Shown: positions 40,320 to 51,376, numbered from the stretch's first letter. The stretch is DNA of 64,000 nt from a bacterium (GCA_037446635.1 JBBIIG010000006.1:10625-74624), one strand, 5' to 3'. Numbers and translations are program-made. Notes: generated by a model from the sequence alone, not told the origin.

Positions 40320-42662
40320 ATGCAAAGAGTCATCCGCGATGGCGTGGGCATCGAAATCAACAGCCGTTTGCCCGTGCTGCCTATGAAGGAAGTGATCGTC
40401 TTCCCGTATATGATTTATCCTCTGCTGGTGGGCCGGGAATCCTCCATTAGAACCATTGAAGAAGCCATGATGCTGGGCCGGCTGATTTTTTTGGCGGCGC
40501 AAAAAGACATGGCGGTGGATAATCCCTCCCGCGACGATTTATATAAAGTGGGCGTGGTGGCGCGCATTTTACAAGTGTTGAAGCTCCCGAACGGCCTGAT
40601 GAAAGTGCTGGTGGAAGGCGTCGTGCGCGCCAGGATCAGCCGCTACCTCGCCGCCGAAGGCCACCTGCAGGCGCGCGTCGAAGTCATTGGCGATGACGAC
40701 GCTTTCACTCCGAAAGTGAAAGCCAAAATGCGGCGCGTGATCGATTTGTTCAAAAACTATGTGCGCCTCAACCGCAATATCCCCGATGAAATTTTGTTGA
40801 GCCTCGACAGCTTCGAGCACCCGCAGCGCTTCGCCGATTTTGTGGCGGCGCACATGCAGTGCAGCCTGAAAGTCAAACAGAAAATCCTTGAAACCGCCGC
40901 CGTCGATGATGAGCTGGGCGCGCTCATCGAGCTGCTGGAATCGGAGATGGAAATTTTAGAATTGGAAAGAGATTTGGAAGACAAGGTGCGCAACCGCATC
41001 CAAAAATCTCAGCGCAATCTTTATCTGCAAGAACAGATGCGCACGATTCAGGAAGAGTTGGGTGAAGACGGCGAATACAACGGCGAGATCGCCTTTTTAA
41101 GCGAGAAGATTCGCAAGGCGCGCATGCCGAAGGAGGTCGAAGAGAAGGCGTACGAAGAATTGGACAAGCTGCGTTCCACGCCGCCTTTTTCTCCGGAATC
41201 TACCGTGATCCGCAATTACCTCGATTGGCTGCTGGCGGCGCCTTGGTTCAAAAAAACCAAAGACAATATCGATATCCAGGTCGCCCAACGAATTTTGGAT
41301 GAAGACCATTTTGGCCTCAAAAAACCCAAGGAGCGCATCCTCGAACATCTCGCGGTTTTGAAGTTAGTAAAAAACATGCGCGGTCCAATCCTGTGTTTCG
41401 TTGGGCCGCCGGGCGTGGGCAAAACCTCGCTGGCGCGATCGGTGGCGCGGGCGATGGGGCGAAATTTCGTGCGCGTGTCTTTGGGCGGCGTCCGCGACGA
41501 AGCCGAGATTCGCGGCCACCGCCGCACTTACATCGGCTCCATGCCGGGAAAAATTATTCAAAGCATGAAGCGCGCCCAAACCATCAACCCGGTTTTTCTG
41601 CTGGACGAGGTGGACAAGATGAGCATGGACTTTCGCGGCGACCCCTCGGCGGCGCTGCTGGAAGTTTTGGACCCGGAACAGAACCGCGCCTTCAACGATC
41701 ACTACCTCGAAGTGGATTACAATCTGTCGCAGGTTTTTTTCATCACCACCGCCAACCTGCAAAGCCAGATTCCGGAACCGCTGCAGGATCGCATGGAGAT
41801 CATCAATCTGCCCGGCTATCTCGAGCACGAAAAATTGGAAATCGCCAAGGATTTTTTGATCCCAAAACTTTTTAAGCAACATGGTTTAAAGAAAAAGTTT
41901 TTGAAACTTGATGACGCCGCCATTTTGCACATCATCCGCGAGTACACCCGTGAGGCCGGTGTCCGTAATTTGGAGCGCGAGCTTTCGGCGGTCTGCCGCA
42001 AAGTGGCGCGGGAAATTGTCAGCAGCGGCGTCAACAGCGGCTTCGTTATTGACATTGATAAGGTTGAGAAGTACCTCGGCGTTCCAAAATTCCCGGAACG
42101 CCAGCGGATTGAGGGCGACTTAATTGGGTCGGCGCTGGGACTGGCGTGGACCCGCTACGGCGGCGAGATTCTGCAAATCGAAGTCAATGTGATGAAGGGC
42201 AAGGGCAACCTCTCGCTCACCGGCAAATTAGGCGACGTGATGAAGGAATCGGCGCGCGCGGCTTATTCTTACATTCGCGCCAACGCCAAAAATTTAGGAA
42301 TTCAATCCGAATTTTGGAAGAGCAGCGACATTCACATTCACGTGCCGGAAGGCGCCACTCCCAAAGACGGGCCGTCGGCGGGGGTGACCATCGCGGTGGC
42401 GCTGGCGTCGGCGCTGGCGACCCGGCCGGTCAGAAAAGATGTGGCCATGACAGGTGAAATTACCCTGCGCGGCCATGTGCTGGCGATTGGCGGGCTGAAT
42501 GAAAAACTGCTGGCGGCGCAGCGCTACGGCATCAAAACCGTGATCATACCGGAAGAAAACGCCAAAGAGCTGGACGAAATCCCGAAGGAAGTCAAGCAGG
42601 GTTTGAAAATTGTGACGGCACAAAACATGGCGCAGGTGTTTAAGGAAACGTTTGATTTATGA
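40320..42662 (+). CDS. lon: Lon protease
   Basis: [26 protein letters not shown]. Confidence 0.98.
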   Translation: MQRVIRDGVGIEINSRLPVLPMKEVIVFPYMIYPLLVGRESSIRTIEEAMMLGRLIFLAAQKDMAVDNPSRDDLYKVGVVARILQVLKLPNGLMKVLVEGVVRARISRYLAAEGHLQARVEVIGDDDAFTPKVKAKMRRVIDLFKNYVRLNRNIPDEILLSLDSFEHPQRFADFVAAHMQCSLKVKQKILETAAVDDELGALIELLESEMEILELERDLEDKVRNRIQKSQRNLYLQEQMRTIQEELGEDGEYNGEIAFLSEKIRKARMPKEVEEKAYEELDKLRSTPPFSPESTVIRNYLDWLLAAPWFKKTKDNIDIQVAQRILDEDHFGLKKPKERILEHLAVLKLVKNMRGPILCFVGPPGVGKTSLARSVARAMGRNFVRVSLGGVRDEAEIRGHRRTYIGSMPGKIIQSMKRAQTINPVFLLDEVDKMSMDFRGDPSAALLEVLDPEQNRAFNDHYLEVDYNLSQVFFITTANLQSQIPEPLQDRMEIINLPGYLEHEKLEIAKDFLIPKLFKQHGLKKKFLKLDDAAILHIIREYTREAGVRNLERELSAVCRKVAREIVSSGVNSGFVIDIDKVEKYLGVPKFPERQRIEGDLIGSALGLAWTRYGGEILQIEVNVMKGKGNLSLTGKLGDVMKESARAAYSYIRANAKNLGIQSEFWKSSDIHIHVPEGATPKDGPSAGVTIAVALASALATRPVRKDVAMTGEITLRGHVLAIGGLNEKLLAAQRYGIKTVIIPEENAKELDEIPKEVKQGLKIVTAQNMAQVFKETFDL

Positions 42663-42704
42663 TGTCGGATTTTACAGGCGTGCTTATTTTAGGGAGGTAC
42701 TTTT

Positions 42705-43739
42705 ATGAAACGGTCAACGGTTTTTGCGATTTGGCTTCTCTCAAGCTTGGCCTGTGAGCATACAACCCAACCTTCATCTGATTCTGGCCCTTTAATAGCC
42801 TTTGTAACCGACAGAAATAATCCCTCACCGCACGAGGGACCGACCGGAATGCTGGATATTTACACGATGCGCTCCGATGGCAGTCATCAATTGAACTTAA
42901 CAAGCAGTGACGCCAACGATGCGGATCCCTGTTTCTCCAGCGACGGTTCTCGAATCGTTTTTCGTTCGGACAGAAGCGGTAATAGCTCAATCTATGTTAT
43001 GAATGTTGATGGCAGCAACTTGAGGCGACTCACGGCCGATACAGGAGTGATTGATACGAAACCCCGATTCTCTCCCGACGATTCCCGAATTGCCTTCGTT
43101 AGAATTTCGGGGGTTTCTGAAATTGTGCTCGTGAACGCTGAGGGAGTGCCCTATCAAACCAGCCTGGTCTCTGGGCAGTCGTTTGATGGACCCCTATTTT
43201 CACCGGATGGTTCTCAATTAGCCTATGCCGCATTTGTTGACGATAACTACGAGATCTTTGTGATCGAGACTCAAGGAGGGCCGCCGAAGCGATTGACGAA
43301 CAATGCTTCTTTTGATGCTTTGGGTGAATTCTCACCCGACGGCTCAAAAATCTGTTTTTTCTCGGACAGAGACGGGCAATCCCAAATTTACATCATGGAT
43401 GCTGACGGTGGAAATCAGAAAAATTTGTCCAACAGCTTTACGACTGATCTGGGGCCATGTTTTTCTCCCGACGGCACGCAGATACTTTTCGATCGCGATT
43501 TAGATCATCGCGATATTTACGTAATGGATTTAGACGGTGGCAACCAAGTAAACTTAACCAATGGCAATTCATCGAATGCTGGGGCCAGATTCTCCCCCGA
43601 CGGAAGAAAGATCGTTTTTGGCACGAATCGAGACGGGAATTACGAAGTGTACTTGATGAACAGAGACGGCAGCAATCAGAGGAATTTAACGAATTCTCCG
43701 GGGGTAGACGGCGGCGCCCTTTTTCAACCCACAAGTTGA
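42705..43739 (+). CDS. TolB-like (PD40 repeat) beta-propeller lipoprotein
   Basis: Lipobox SLAC; repeated FSPDG...IYxMxxDG.N...LTN units. Confidence 0.88.
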   Translation: MKRSTVFAIWLLSSLACEHTTQPSSDSGPLIAFVTDRNNPSPHEGPTGMLDIYTMRSDGSHQLNLTSSDANDADPCFSSDGSRIVFRSDRSGNSSIYVMNVDGSNLRRLTADTGVIDTKPRFSPDDSRIAFVRISGVSEIVLVNAEGVPYQTSLVSGQSFDGPLFSPDGSQLAYAAFVDDNYEIFVIETQGGPPKRLTNNASFDALGEFSPDGSKICFFSDRDGQSQIYIMDADGGNQKNLSNSFTTDLGPCFSPDGTQILFDRDLDHRDIYVMDLDGGNQVNLTNGNSSNAGARFSPDGRKIVFGTNRDGNYEVYLMNRDGSNQRNLTNSPGVDGGALFQPTS

Positions 43740-43754
43740 TGATCTGAAAGTGCG

Positions 43755-44339
43755 ATGACGATCACCTCAGTCGAGTTTGTTAAAAGTGTCGTGAGCATAA
43801 AAGAGATCCCGAAAGAGAATCTACAGGAAATTGCCATTTCTGGAAGATCAAATGTTGGCAAATCCAGTCTCATTAACTGTCTGCTCAACCGTAAAAAGCT
43901 GGCCAAAACCAGCTCCACCCCGGGGAAGACCCGGCAATTGAATTACTTTCGCATCAACAATCAATTTTTTCTGGTGGATTTGCCGGGCTACGGATTTGCT
44001 AAAGTCGCCAAATCTGAGATGCAGCAGTGGCGAAACCTGATTGAGAGTTACATCAAAACCAGCCGCAATTTGAAAGGCGTGGTGGCGCTCATCGACAGCC
44101 GCATCGGTCCGACCCCGTTAGATTTGCAGTTGCTGGAATGGCTCAGCAGTTTGAAGATGCCCATGATTCTCGTCGCCACCAAAGCGGACAAACTTTCAAA
44201 GGGGAAGCTCAAAAGCCAGGTCGCCGCCTGCGCAAAACAGGTTGCGCCGTACTATAATAAAACCATCATTCCGTTTTCGGTTACCAACGGTTTGGGCAAA
44301 GCGGAGTTGTGGAAAGAAATGTTATCCTTAATGGAGTAA
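43755..44339 (+). CDS. engB: Ribosome biogenesis GTPase YihA/YsxC
   Basis: GRSNVGKSSLIN, PGKT, DLPGYG, TKADK. Confidence 0.95.
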   Translation: MTITSVEFVKSVVSIKEIPKENLQEIAISGRSNVGKSSLINCLLNRKKLAKTSSTPGKTRQLNYFRINNQFFLVDLPGYGFAKVAKSEMQQWRNLIESYIKTSRNLKGVVALIDSRIGPTPLDLQLLEWLSSLKMPMILVATKADKLSKGKLKSQVAACAKQVAPYYNKTIIPFSVTNGLGKAELWKEMLSLME

Positions 44340-44343
44340 AATT

Positions 44344-45492
44344 ATGCGAGCAAGATTGTTTACCCCTGGCCCCACGCAGGTGCCGGAGCGCGTGCAAGTG
44401 GCCATGTCCAACCCCATCATGCACCATCGCGGGCCGGCCTTCCAGGAGATTCTCAAGGAGGTGGTCGAGGGGCTCAAATATTTTTTTCAAACCAAAGGTG
44501 ACGTGCTGACGTTCACCTCATCCGGCACAGGCGCTATGGAGGCGAGCGTGGTGAATTTGCTGTCGAAAGGCGACCCGGTGTTAACCGTGGCCGGTGGTAA
44601 ATTCGGCGAGCGCTGGGGGCAGTTGTGCCAGACCTTTGGCGCCGAAACCCATGTGATGGAGGTGCCCTGGGGCGAAGCCGTCAACCCGGATGATATCAAG
44701 CGATTTTTGCAGAATCATCCGGAAATCGTTGCGGTGTTTATTACTCACAGCGAAACTTCCACGGGAGTCGCCGCTGATTTGAAGACGATCGCCGAAGTGG
44801 TGCGCCAGCATTCCAACGCCCTCTTGGTGGTGGACGCTATCACCTCGGCCGGCGTGCTGCCCTTCAAAATGGACGAGTGGGGCATCGACGCGGCGGTGAC
44901 CGGCTCGCAAAAAGGTTTAATGATTCCGCCCGGCCTGGCTTCGGTGGCCATTAATCAACGAGCCTGGGGGCGCGTGCAGCGCTCGAATTTGCCCAAATTC
45001 TATTTTGATTTTAAGAAAGAAAAAGCGTCGCTGGAAAAGAACGCCACCGCCTGGACGCCGGCGATTACCTTGTTCATGGGCTTGCGGGAAGCGCTGGCGA
45101 TGATTCGCGAAAACGGCTTGCAAAAAATGTGGGAAAAGTACGCCCTGCTGGCGGAAGCCACCCGCCGCGGCGTAACCGCGATGGGTTTGGAATTATTTGC
45201 CAAAGCGCCCTCGGATTCCCTGACCGCGGTGAAAGTCCCGGAGTCCATCGATGGGGCAAAATTTGTGCGCCACCTGCGGGAAAAGTACGGCATCACCGTG
45301 GCCGGCGGCCAGGGTCACCTCAAAGGCAAAATTTTTCGCATCGCCCACATGGGCTATTACGATTCGCTGGACATGGTGGCGATGGCCTCGGCGCTGGAGA
45401 TGACGCTGTCGGATTTCGGCTGGGAATTCGAGCACGGCGCCGGTGTATATACCGTGCAGAATATTTTCATGAAAAATAATTTGCGCATGTGA
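44344..45492 (+). CDS. Class V PLP aminotransferase (serine-pyruvate / phosphoserine aminotransferase-like)
   Basis: LFTPGPT, SGTGAME, HSETSTG, GSQKGLMIPPG, FRIAHMG. Confidence 0.92.
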   Translation: MRARLFTPGPTQVPERVQVAMSNPIMHHRGPAFQEILKEVVEGLKYFFQTKGDVLTFTSSGTGAMEASVVNLLSKGDPVLTVAGGKFGERWGQLCQTFGAETHVMEVPWGEAVNPDDIKRFLQNHPEIVAVFITHSETSTGVAADLKTIAEVVRQHSNALLVVDAITSAGVLPFKMDEWGIDAAVTGSQKGLMIPPGLASVAINQRAWGRVQRSNLPKFYFDFKKEKASLEKNATAWTPAITLFMGLREALAMIRENGLQKMWEKYALLAEATRRGVTAMGLELFAKAPSDSLTAVKVPESIDGAKFVRHLREKYGITVAGGQGHLKGKIFRIAHMGYYDSLDMVAMASALEMTLSDFGWEFEHGAGVYTVQNIFMKNNLRM

Positions 45493-45495
45493 TCG

Positions 45496-46455
45496 ATGGC
45501 CATGAAGATTTTGATCGCCGATCACGTTGACGGCTGCTGCGGCGAGCTTTTGCGCGCCCGCGGATTTGAGGTGGAGGAATCTGCCAGTGCCAATTCAGAT
45601 CAGCTTCTCGAAAAAATCGCGGCCGCCGACGGGCTGATTGTCCGCAGCGCCACCAAAGTTACCGCGCAACTGCTGGCTTTGGCGCCCAAGTTGAAGGTCA
45701 TCGGTCGCGCTGGCGCCGGCGTCGATAACATCGATGTGGCGGCGGCGGCGCAGCGGGGCATTGCGGTGTTTAACGCGGCTGCGGCCAACACCATCTCCGC
45801 CGCCGAGCACACGCTGGCGTTGATGCTGGCGTTGGCGCGCCAGCTCCCGCGCGCGCATGTTTCATTAACCCAGGGCAAATGGAATCGCGCCGAATTTCAG
45901 GGCGTCGAATTGGCGGGCAAGATTTTGGGCATCATCGGCTTGGGCAGAATCGGCCGCGAAGTGGCGGCGCGCGCGCAGGCGTTCGGCATGACCGTGATTG
46001 CTTATGATCCGTTGATTTCGGCGGAGGTGTTTGCGGCGGCCGGCGTTGAAGCTTCGACGTTCGAGAATTTGATGCGCCGCAGCGATTTCATCTCCATTCA
46101 CGCACCGTTCACTAGCGACACCCAATATTTGATCGGCGAAGAGCAGCTCAAAATCTGCAAACCGAACGTGCGTTTGATTAACACCGCGCGCGGTGGGATC
46201 ATCGACGAGCAGGCGTTGTGGCGGGCGCTGCAGGAGGGGCGGGTCGCCGGCGCCGCCCTCGACGTTTTTGAAAACGAGCCGCCGGGGGATCTGCCGTTAT
46301 TGAGATTGCCCAACGTCGTCGCCACCCCGCATTTAGGCGCCAGCACCGTGGAAGCCCAGCGCCGGGTGGCGGAGGAGATCGCGGGTGCCGTGGCCGATTT
46401 CCTTTTGAATAAAAAAATCGAGAATGCTGTTAATCCCGATGGGTTGGAGACATAA
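45496..46455 (+). CDS. serA: D-3-phosphoglycerate dehydrogenase (short form, no ACT domain)
   Basis: VRSATKVT, GRAGAGVDNID, GLGRIG, NTARGG, TPHLGAST. Confidence 0.85.
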   Translation: MAMKILIADHVDGCCGELLRARGFEVEESASANSDQLLEKIAAADGLIVRSATKVTAQLLALAPKLKVIGRAGAGVDNIDVAAAAQRGIAVFNAAAANTISAAEHTLALMLALARQLPRAHVSLTQGKWNRAEFQGVELAGKILGIIGLGRIGREVAARAQAFGMTVIAYDPLISAEVFAAAGVEASTFENLMRRSDFISIHAPFTSDTQYLIGEEQLKICKPNVRLINTARGGIIDEQALWRALQEGRVAGAALDVFENEPPGDLPLLRLPNVVATPHLGASTVEAQRRVAEEIAGAVADFLLNKKIENAVNPDGLET

Positions 46456-46463
46456 GAACGAAC

Positions 46464-47831
46464 ATGGCAAAAATCCTAATTGTCGAAGATGATCGCAACA
46501 CCCTGAGCGGGCTGATGGATATTTTGAGCCAGGAGGGCTACGAAGTCGAGGGGATGGAAACTCCCCGCAAAGCGCTCAAGGCCCTGCAAAAAGATTCGTT
46601 CGATATCATGCTCACGGATTTAAAAATGTCAGAAATGAGCGGGATGGAACTGTTTGAGCGCTCGCTGCCGATGGCGCCGGAAATGCGCACCATCGTCATG
46701 ACGGCGTACAGCTCAGTGAAAGACGCCGTGGAAGCGATGAAAAAAGGCGTGTACGAATATCTCACCAAGCCGTTGGATTTAGATGAGCTGTTCGTCATTC
46801 TTGAAAAGGCGATTGGCGAGCAAAAGCTGCAGCGCGAAAATCTCGAGCTGAAAAAACAAGTCAAGTCGGCTTACAGCTTTCACAGCATTGTGGGCGCCAG
46901 CCCGCTCATGCAGCGGATTTTCAGCACCATCACCAAAGTCGCCAAAACGCAATCGACGGTTTTGATTCGCGGCGAAAGCGGCACCGGCAAAGAACTGGTG
47001 GCGCGGGCAATTCATTATAACAGTCCTAGAATGAACAAACCGTTGGTGGAAATTAGCTGCGCTTCGTTCCCGGAGACGCTTTTGGAGAGCGAGCTGTTTG
47101 GTTATGAAAGGGGCGCCTTCACTGGCGCCGAGGGCCGCAAGAAAGGCCGCTTTGAATTGGCGCACGGCGGCACCATTTTTCTTGACGAAATTGGCGACAT
47201 TTCCGAAAGCGTGCAAACCAAATTGCTGCGGGTGCTGCAGGAAAAAAAGATCACCCGTTTGGGCGGAACCGAAACCATCAACGTTGATGTGCGGTTAATC
47301 ACCGCCACCAATCGCGACCTTGAGAAGGCCATGAGCGAAAACAAATTCCGCGAGGATTTGTACTACCGCTTGAACGTCATCCCAATTGTGCTGCCGCCGC
47401 TGCGGGAACGCAAGGAAGATATCCCGCTGCTGATCGAGCATTTTATCAAGAAGTATAGTCTCGAAAACAAGATTCCGGCGCCGCGGCTGTCGGACTCGGC
47501 TTTGAAAAAATGTTTGGAATACGATTGGCCCGGCAACGTCCGCGAGTTGGAGAACGCCATCGAAAACGCCATCGTTTTGGGAGAAGGCGGCGTCATTCTT
47601 CCCGATCACCTGCCATTTGGTATGCTGCTCAACAAGCCGGCGGTCGGGAACCGCAAGCTGGATTTTTTGAAAAACTCCGGCAAAAGCTTTAAGGAAAAAG
47701 TTGAGGCGGCGGAGCGATTGATTTTGCATGAAGCCATCGACGAGGCCGGCGGCAACAAATCGGAGGCGGCCAAAAAGCTGGACATTAGTTTGCGCACCAT
47801 GAGATACAAAATCAAAAAATATCGCTTGTAG
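46464..47831 (+). CDS. sigma54-dependent NtrC-family response regulator
   Basis: Receiver VEDD..TDLKM, GESGTGKE, GAFTGA, WPGNVRELEN, HTH. Confidence 0.96.
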   Translation: MAKILIVEDDRNTLSGLMDILSQEGYEVEGMETPRKALKALQKDSFDIMLTDLKMSEMSGMELFERSLPMAPEMRTIVMTAYSSVKDAVEAMKKGVYEYLTKPLDLDELFVILEKAIGEQKLQRENLELKKQVKSAYSFHSIVGASPLMQRIFSTITKVAKTQSTVLIRGESGTGKELVARAIHYNSPRMNKPLVEISCASFPETLLESELFGYERGAFTGAEGRKKGRFELAHGGTIFLDEIGDISESVQTKLLRVLQEKKITRLGGTETINVDVRLITATNRDLEKAMSENKFREDLYYRLNVIPIVLPPLRERKEDIPLLIEHFIKKYSLENKIPAPRLSDSALKKCLEYDWPGNVRELENAIENAIVLGEGGVILPDHLPFGMLLNKPAVGNRKLDFLKNSGKSFKEKVEAAERLILHEAIDEAGGNKSEAAKKLDISLRTMRYKIKKYRL

Positions 47832-47897
47832 TTTTCTCACCAAATTATTTATCACCTGGTAGCCCTTCTTCTGGCAATTGAGTTGAAGTTGAGTTCT

Positions 47898-47935
47898 GTG
47901 CAAAAATCTGCAGTGCGAAGGTGAAAAATCTTGCA
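47898..47935. promoter_or_regulatory. Tandem putative enhancer (UAS) sites
   Basis: GTGCAAAAATCTGCA (47898) and GTGAAAAATCTTGCA (47921), 23 bp apart, about 110-150 bp upstream of a sigma54 promoter. Confidence 0.55.
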
Positions 47936-48044
47936 TCTTTGCGTGGCCGTCAACTTTGGGTACCAAGATTGTGCAAAGATTAAGTTGTTTAAAATATTGG
48001 TAGGTAGGTCGGTCATTTTTTAAGCCATTTATTTCTGGTCTGGT

Positions 48045-48059
48045 TGGCATAGTCTTTGC
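48045..48059 (+). promoter_or_regulatory. sigma54 -24/-12 promoter
   Basis: TGGCATAGTCTTTGC, exact spacing. Confidence 0.75.
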
Positions 48060-48284
48060 GAAAGACCCCCATCGCTAAAAGAGGTTCATTTCTGTTTTTT
48101 TCTTTTCTTTTTTCATCTCTGTTTTTTGATGTCAATCTTATAAAAAACCCGGAGGGAGGTGAACCAATCAGAAATCAGTTTAGCTTTAAGCTGTATCAGA
48201 ATTGTCATTCTGGGAGGAGTAGTACCACGGTCTTACTACTTTCGGAAGAGTAATTATTAAATTACTTTTTAAGGAGATTTAAGA

Positions 48285-51200
48285 ATGAAGCAAAAACTGT
48301 TTATAGTTGTCGTCGCCGTGCTCGTTTTACCTGCCCTGCTTTATGCTCAAACGGGTAAAATCCGGGGTAAGGTCACCGACCGTGAAACCGGCGATGCTTT
48401 GCCGGGCGCCAACGTGGTGGTGGTCGGTACCTCGTTAGGAGCGGCGACCGACGTGTCGGGTGAATATGTAATTCTCAACGTTCCGGTTGGCACCTATGCC
48501 GTGAAAGCGGCCTATATAGGTTATCGGGATGTGACAATTGAGAACATTCGAGTTAATTCCGATTTAACCACGGAGGTAGAATTTGGTTTGCCGAGCGAGG
48601 CCATCGAAGTTAGCGAGATCAGCATCGTTGCGGAGCGGCCTCTGGTAAACAAAAATGCCACCAATGCCGTGCGTATTCAAGGCTACGAAGAAATTAAGAA
48701 TCTCCCGGTGCGAGGCGTTAATGCCGCCATCGCGCTGCAGCCGGGAGTGGTGGTGCAGGATGGGATTACTTATATCCGCGGCGGCCGGCGCGATGAAGTG
48801 GGCTACTTTTTGGAGGGCGCCAATGTGCGCGACGCGGATACGGGTAACCCCTCTATTACTGTTATTCCCGAAGCGTTGGAAGAGTTTCAAATTCAAGCTG
48901 GCGGCTACACCGCCGAATTTGGCGGCGCCAACGCCGGCATTATTCGTACCAACCTGAAATCGGGCGGCCCGGATTATCACTTCGTGTTGCAGGGCGAGAC
49001 CGACGACTTTGCCGGCCACGGCGACAAATTTCTTGACACCTTCTCTTACGGCTATCGCGATTTTACCGCAACAGTCAGTGGCCCGGTCCCTGGTTTCGGC
49101 AAGAACCTGAGATTCTTCTTGGCCGGCCAGCGGGTTTTGGAAACCGATCGCATTGCCCGCTTTTTTAACGGCTTTAATTTCCAACATTCTGAAACGGTAA
49201 ATATCCCCGAGGGCCAGGTAGGAGTCGGCAGCTTTCCACTGATCCTGGAACAAAACCGCGACCCGGATTTGGAGGCCTTAATTCAGGAAAGAGGCCTCGT
49301 GATGTCTGACGGCAATGTCCCCGACTCGGATCGCGAGCAGTGGATTGCTAACGGCACCCTGGTTTACGACGCCAAGCCTTTCATTTTCCGTTTGGGCGGC
49401 TCGTACTCCTGGCGCAAACAAACTGAAGTGCCGGTGAATTTCGTTGGCAAGATTTTTAATACCGTTCGCAACGAACAAGAGGAATTAAAAACCGGTCTGC
49501 TGAACCTGAAGGTCACCCACTTGCTCACCTCGCGTTCTTTTTATGAAGTCAACCTCAACGTGTTCCAACGCAAAGAAGATTCTTACGATTCCATCCTTAA
49601 GGACGACTTTTTAGCTTACTGGGACAGCACCGCCAACGCCGCTCACGGCATCCAGTTTTTCTCCCGCAACAGCCCGTGGCGTGGCGGCACCAATTTCATG
49701 GAAATTTATGGCTTTGATTTCGAGGCCCCGGGCTCGCCTATCAACTCCGATTTTACTAAAGCGCGGCGCAGTTATATCGGCGGCTCGTTTGCCTTCACCA
49801 CTCAGACGCGGCAGCATGAATTGAAGTTAGGGGTGTCTTACGAGCGTTGGACCGCGCGCAACTACGATGTCAGCGAACGCGCCATGCTGGTGGGAATTCA
49901 GGCTAACCCGGATCTGGAAGCGCGCGCTCGCGCTGGCGATCCGGAAGCGCTGGGACAATTGCGAGTGTTGGCCGGCGCTCCCATGCGGCTAACCTATGGC
50001 TATGATGTGTTTGGAAACGAAATCGATGGCCCGAAGCCGGATGGACCGCGGCATCCCAAGTACTTCTCGGCTTACGTTCAGGACAAGTTCGAGTTGTCTG
50101 ACCTGGTCATCAACGCCGGTGTCCGAATCGATGTCATCGACAACGATGACATCACTTTCCCGGATCCCACCAATCCACCCTGGGACCAGAGCATTTTTGG
50201 GCTGGACGCCTCCCAGCTTCAAGAGAAGGACGCTGATGTCGAAATCAGCCCGCGTTTAGGCTTTGCCTTCCCGGTGACCGACCGCACGGTATTTCACCTG
50301 CAATACGGCAGATTCGTGCAGGCCCCGCGCTTGACCGATCTTTACAACGGCAACGCCTGGTATGACGCAATTTTTACCGGCGGTACATCGTTCCAAACCA
50401 ACGTGGTTGGCATCGGCTTAAAGCCGGAAGTCACCACCCAGTATGAGGTGGGCTTCAGCCAGCAATTTACGGATAACGCCGCGTTTGATGTCACCGCGTT
50501 TTACAAAAATATCCGCGATCAAATTCAAGTCTCCCGCGTGATCACTCAGCCAACTTCTGCGGCGCGGCCCTATAATGTTTTAGTTAACGGCGACTTTGCC
50601 ACCACCTCCGGGGTGGAGTTGTCCTTGACCCTGCGGCGCACCGCTCGCACCGCGGCCCAAATCAATTATACCTTCTCGAGATCGTTGGGCACCGGTTCCA
50701 TTCCGAACAGCGCCATCGCCAATATCGAGTTGAGTCAGAACACGCCGACTGTGATTTCGCCATTGGATTTCCATCGCCCGCACCGCGGTTCGTTCAATAT
50801 CGATTACCGCTTTGGGCGCGGCGACGGCGGCCCCATTCTGGAAAACTTGGGCGCCAATCTTCTGCTGACCTTCAGCAGCGGCCATCCCTACACCAGAGCT
50901 TCGGGTTCGTTTGGCCAGCAGGATGAATCGTTTGGCGGCGTCATCACCGACCCGCGCTCGCGTTTTCCGCAAGAGAATATCAACGCCTCCCTCACGCCCT
51001 GGAACTGGCAGATCAACTTGCGGGTGGACAAAACCATCAACTTTGGCAGATTTAACACCAACTTCTATATTTACATTCAGAATCTCACCAATCGCCGCAA
51101 CGTGATTAATGTTTATAACCGCACCGGCAACGCCTACGACGACGGCTTCTTTGTTATTGACGAGGCGCCTTCCATCATTGCCGCTCACGGCGGTGATCCA

Positions 51201-51338
51201 TTTGTTGCGCTCTACCGTGCCATTAACTTGAATGGCAATGGTCTCAACTTCAACCGCGGCGAGGGCAACGAATTTGTGGGCTTCCAGTTGTTTGGCGATC
51301 CCCGCCAGATCCGTGTGGGTGCACGGGTTGAATTATGA
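48285..51338 (+). CDS. TonB-dependent receptor with N-terminal carboxypeptidase-regulatory-like domain
   Basis: Signal peptide, GKIRGKVTD..LPGANV, plug IRGGR...GGYTAEFG, YVQDK, SPRLGFAFP, C-terminal PRQIRVGARVEL. Confidence 0.93.
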   Translation: MKQKLFIVVVAVLVLPALLYAQTGKIRGKVTDRETGDALPGANVVVVGTSLGAATDVSGEYVILNVPVGTYAVKAAYIGYRDVTIENIRVNSDLTTEVEFGLPSEAIEVSEISIVAERPLVNKNATNAVRIQGYEEIKNLPVRGVNAAIALQPGVVVQDGITYIRGGRRDEVGYFLEGANVRDADTGNPSITVIPEALEEFQIQAGGYTAEFGGANAGIIRTNLKSGGPDYHFVLQGETDDFAGHGDKFLDTFSYGYRDFTATVSGPVPGFGKNLRFFLAGQRVLETDRIARFFNGFNFQHSETVNIPEGQVGVGSFPLILEQNRDPDLEALIQERGLVMSDGNVPDSDREQWIANGTLVYDAKPFIFRLGGSYSWRKQTEVPVNFVGKIFNTVRNEQEELKTGLLNLKVTHLLTSRSFYEVNLNVFQRKEDSYDSILKDDFLAYWDSTANAAHGIQFFSRNSPWRGGTNFMEIYGFDFEAPGSPINSDFTKARRSYIGGSFAFTTQTRQHELKLGVSYERWTARNYDVSERAMLVGIQANPDLEARARAGDPEALGQLRVLAGAPMRLTYGYDVFGNEIDGPKPDGPRHPKYFSAYVQDKFELSDLVINAGVRIDVIDNDDITFPDPTNPPWDQSIFGLDASQLQEKDADVEISPRLGFAFPVTDRTVFHLQYGRFVQAPRLTDLYNGNAWYDAIFTGGTSFQTNVVGIGLKPEVTTQYEVGFSQQFTDNAAFDVTAFYKNIRDQIQVSRVITQPTSAARPYNVLVNGDFATTSGVELSLTLRRTARTAAQINYTFSRSLGTGSIPNSAIANIELSQNTPTVISPLDFHRPHRGSFNIDYRFGRGDGGPILENLGANLLLTFSSGHPYTRASGSFGQQDESFGGVITDPRSRFPQENINASLTPWNWQINLRVDKTINFGRFNTNFYIYIQNLTNRRNVINVYNRTGNAYDDGFFVIDEAPSIIAAHGGDPFVALYRAINLNGNGLNFNRGEGNEFVGFQLFGDPRQIRVGARVEL

Positions 51339-51347
51339 TTGTGCTTT

Positions 51348-51376
51348 CGGCAGGCGCAGGTTACCAGCGCCTGCCG
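51348..51376. other. Intra-operon GC-rich stem-loop without U tract
   Basis: CGGCAGGCGC / GCGCCTGCCG. Confidence 0.7.

Noticed and set aside
44344..46455. Class V aminotransferase + short serA as a novel pathway
   Set aside because: Common pairing consistent with serine biosynthesis using a non-canonical SerC
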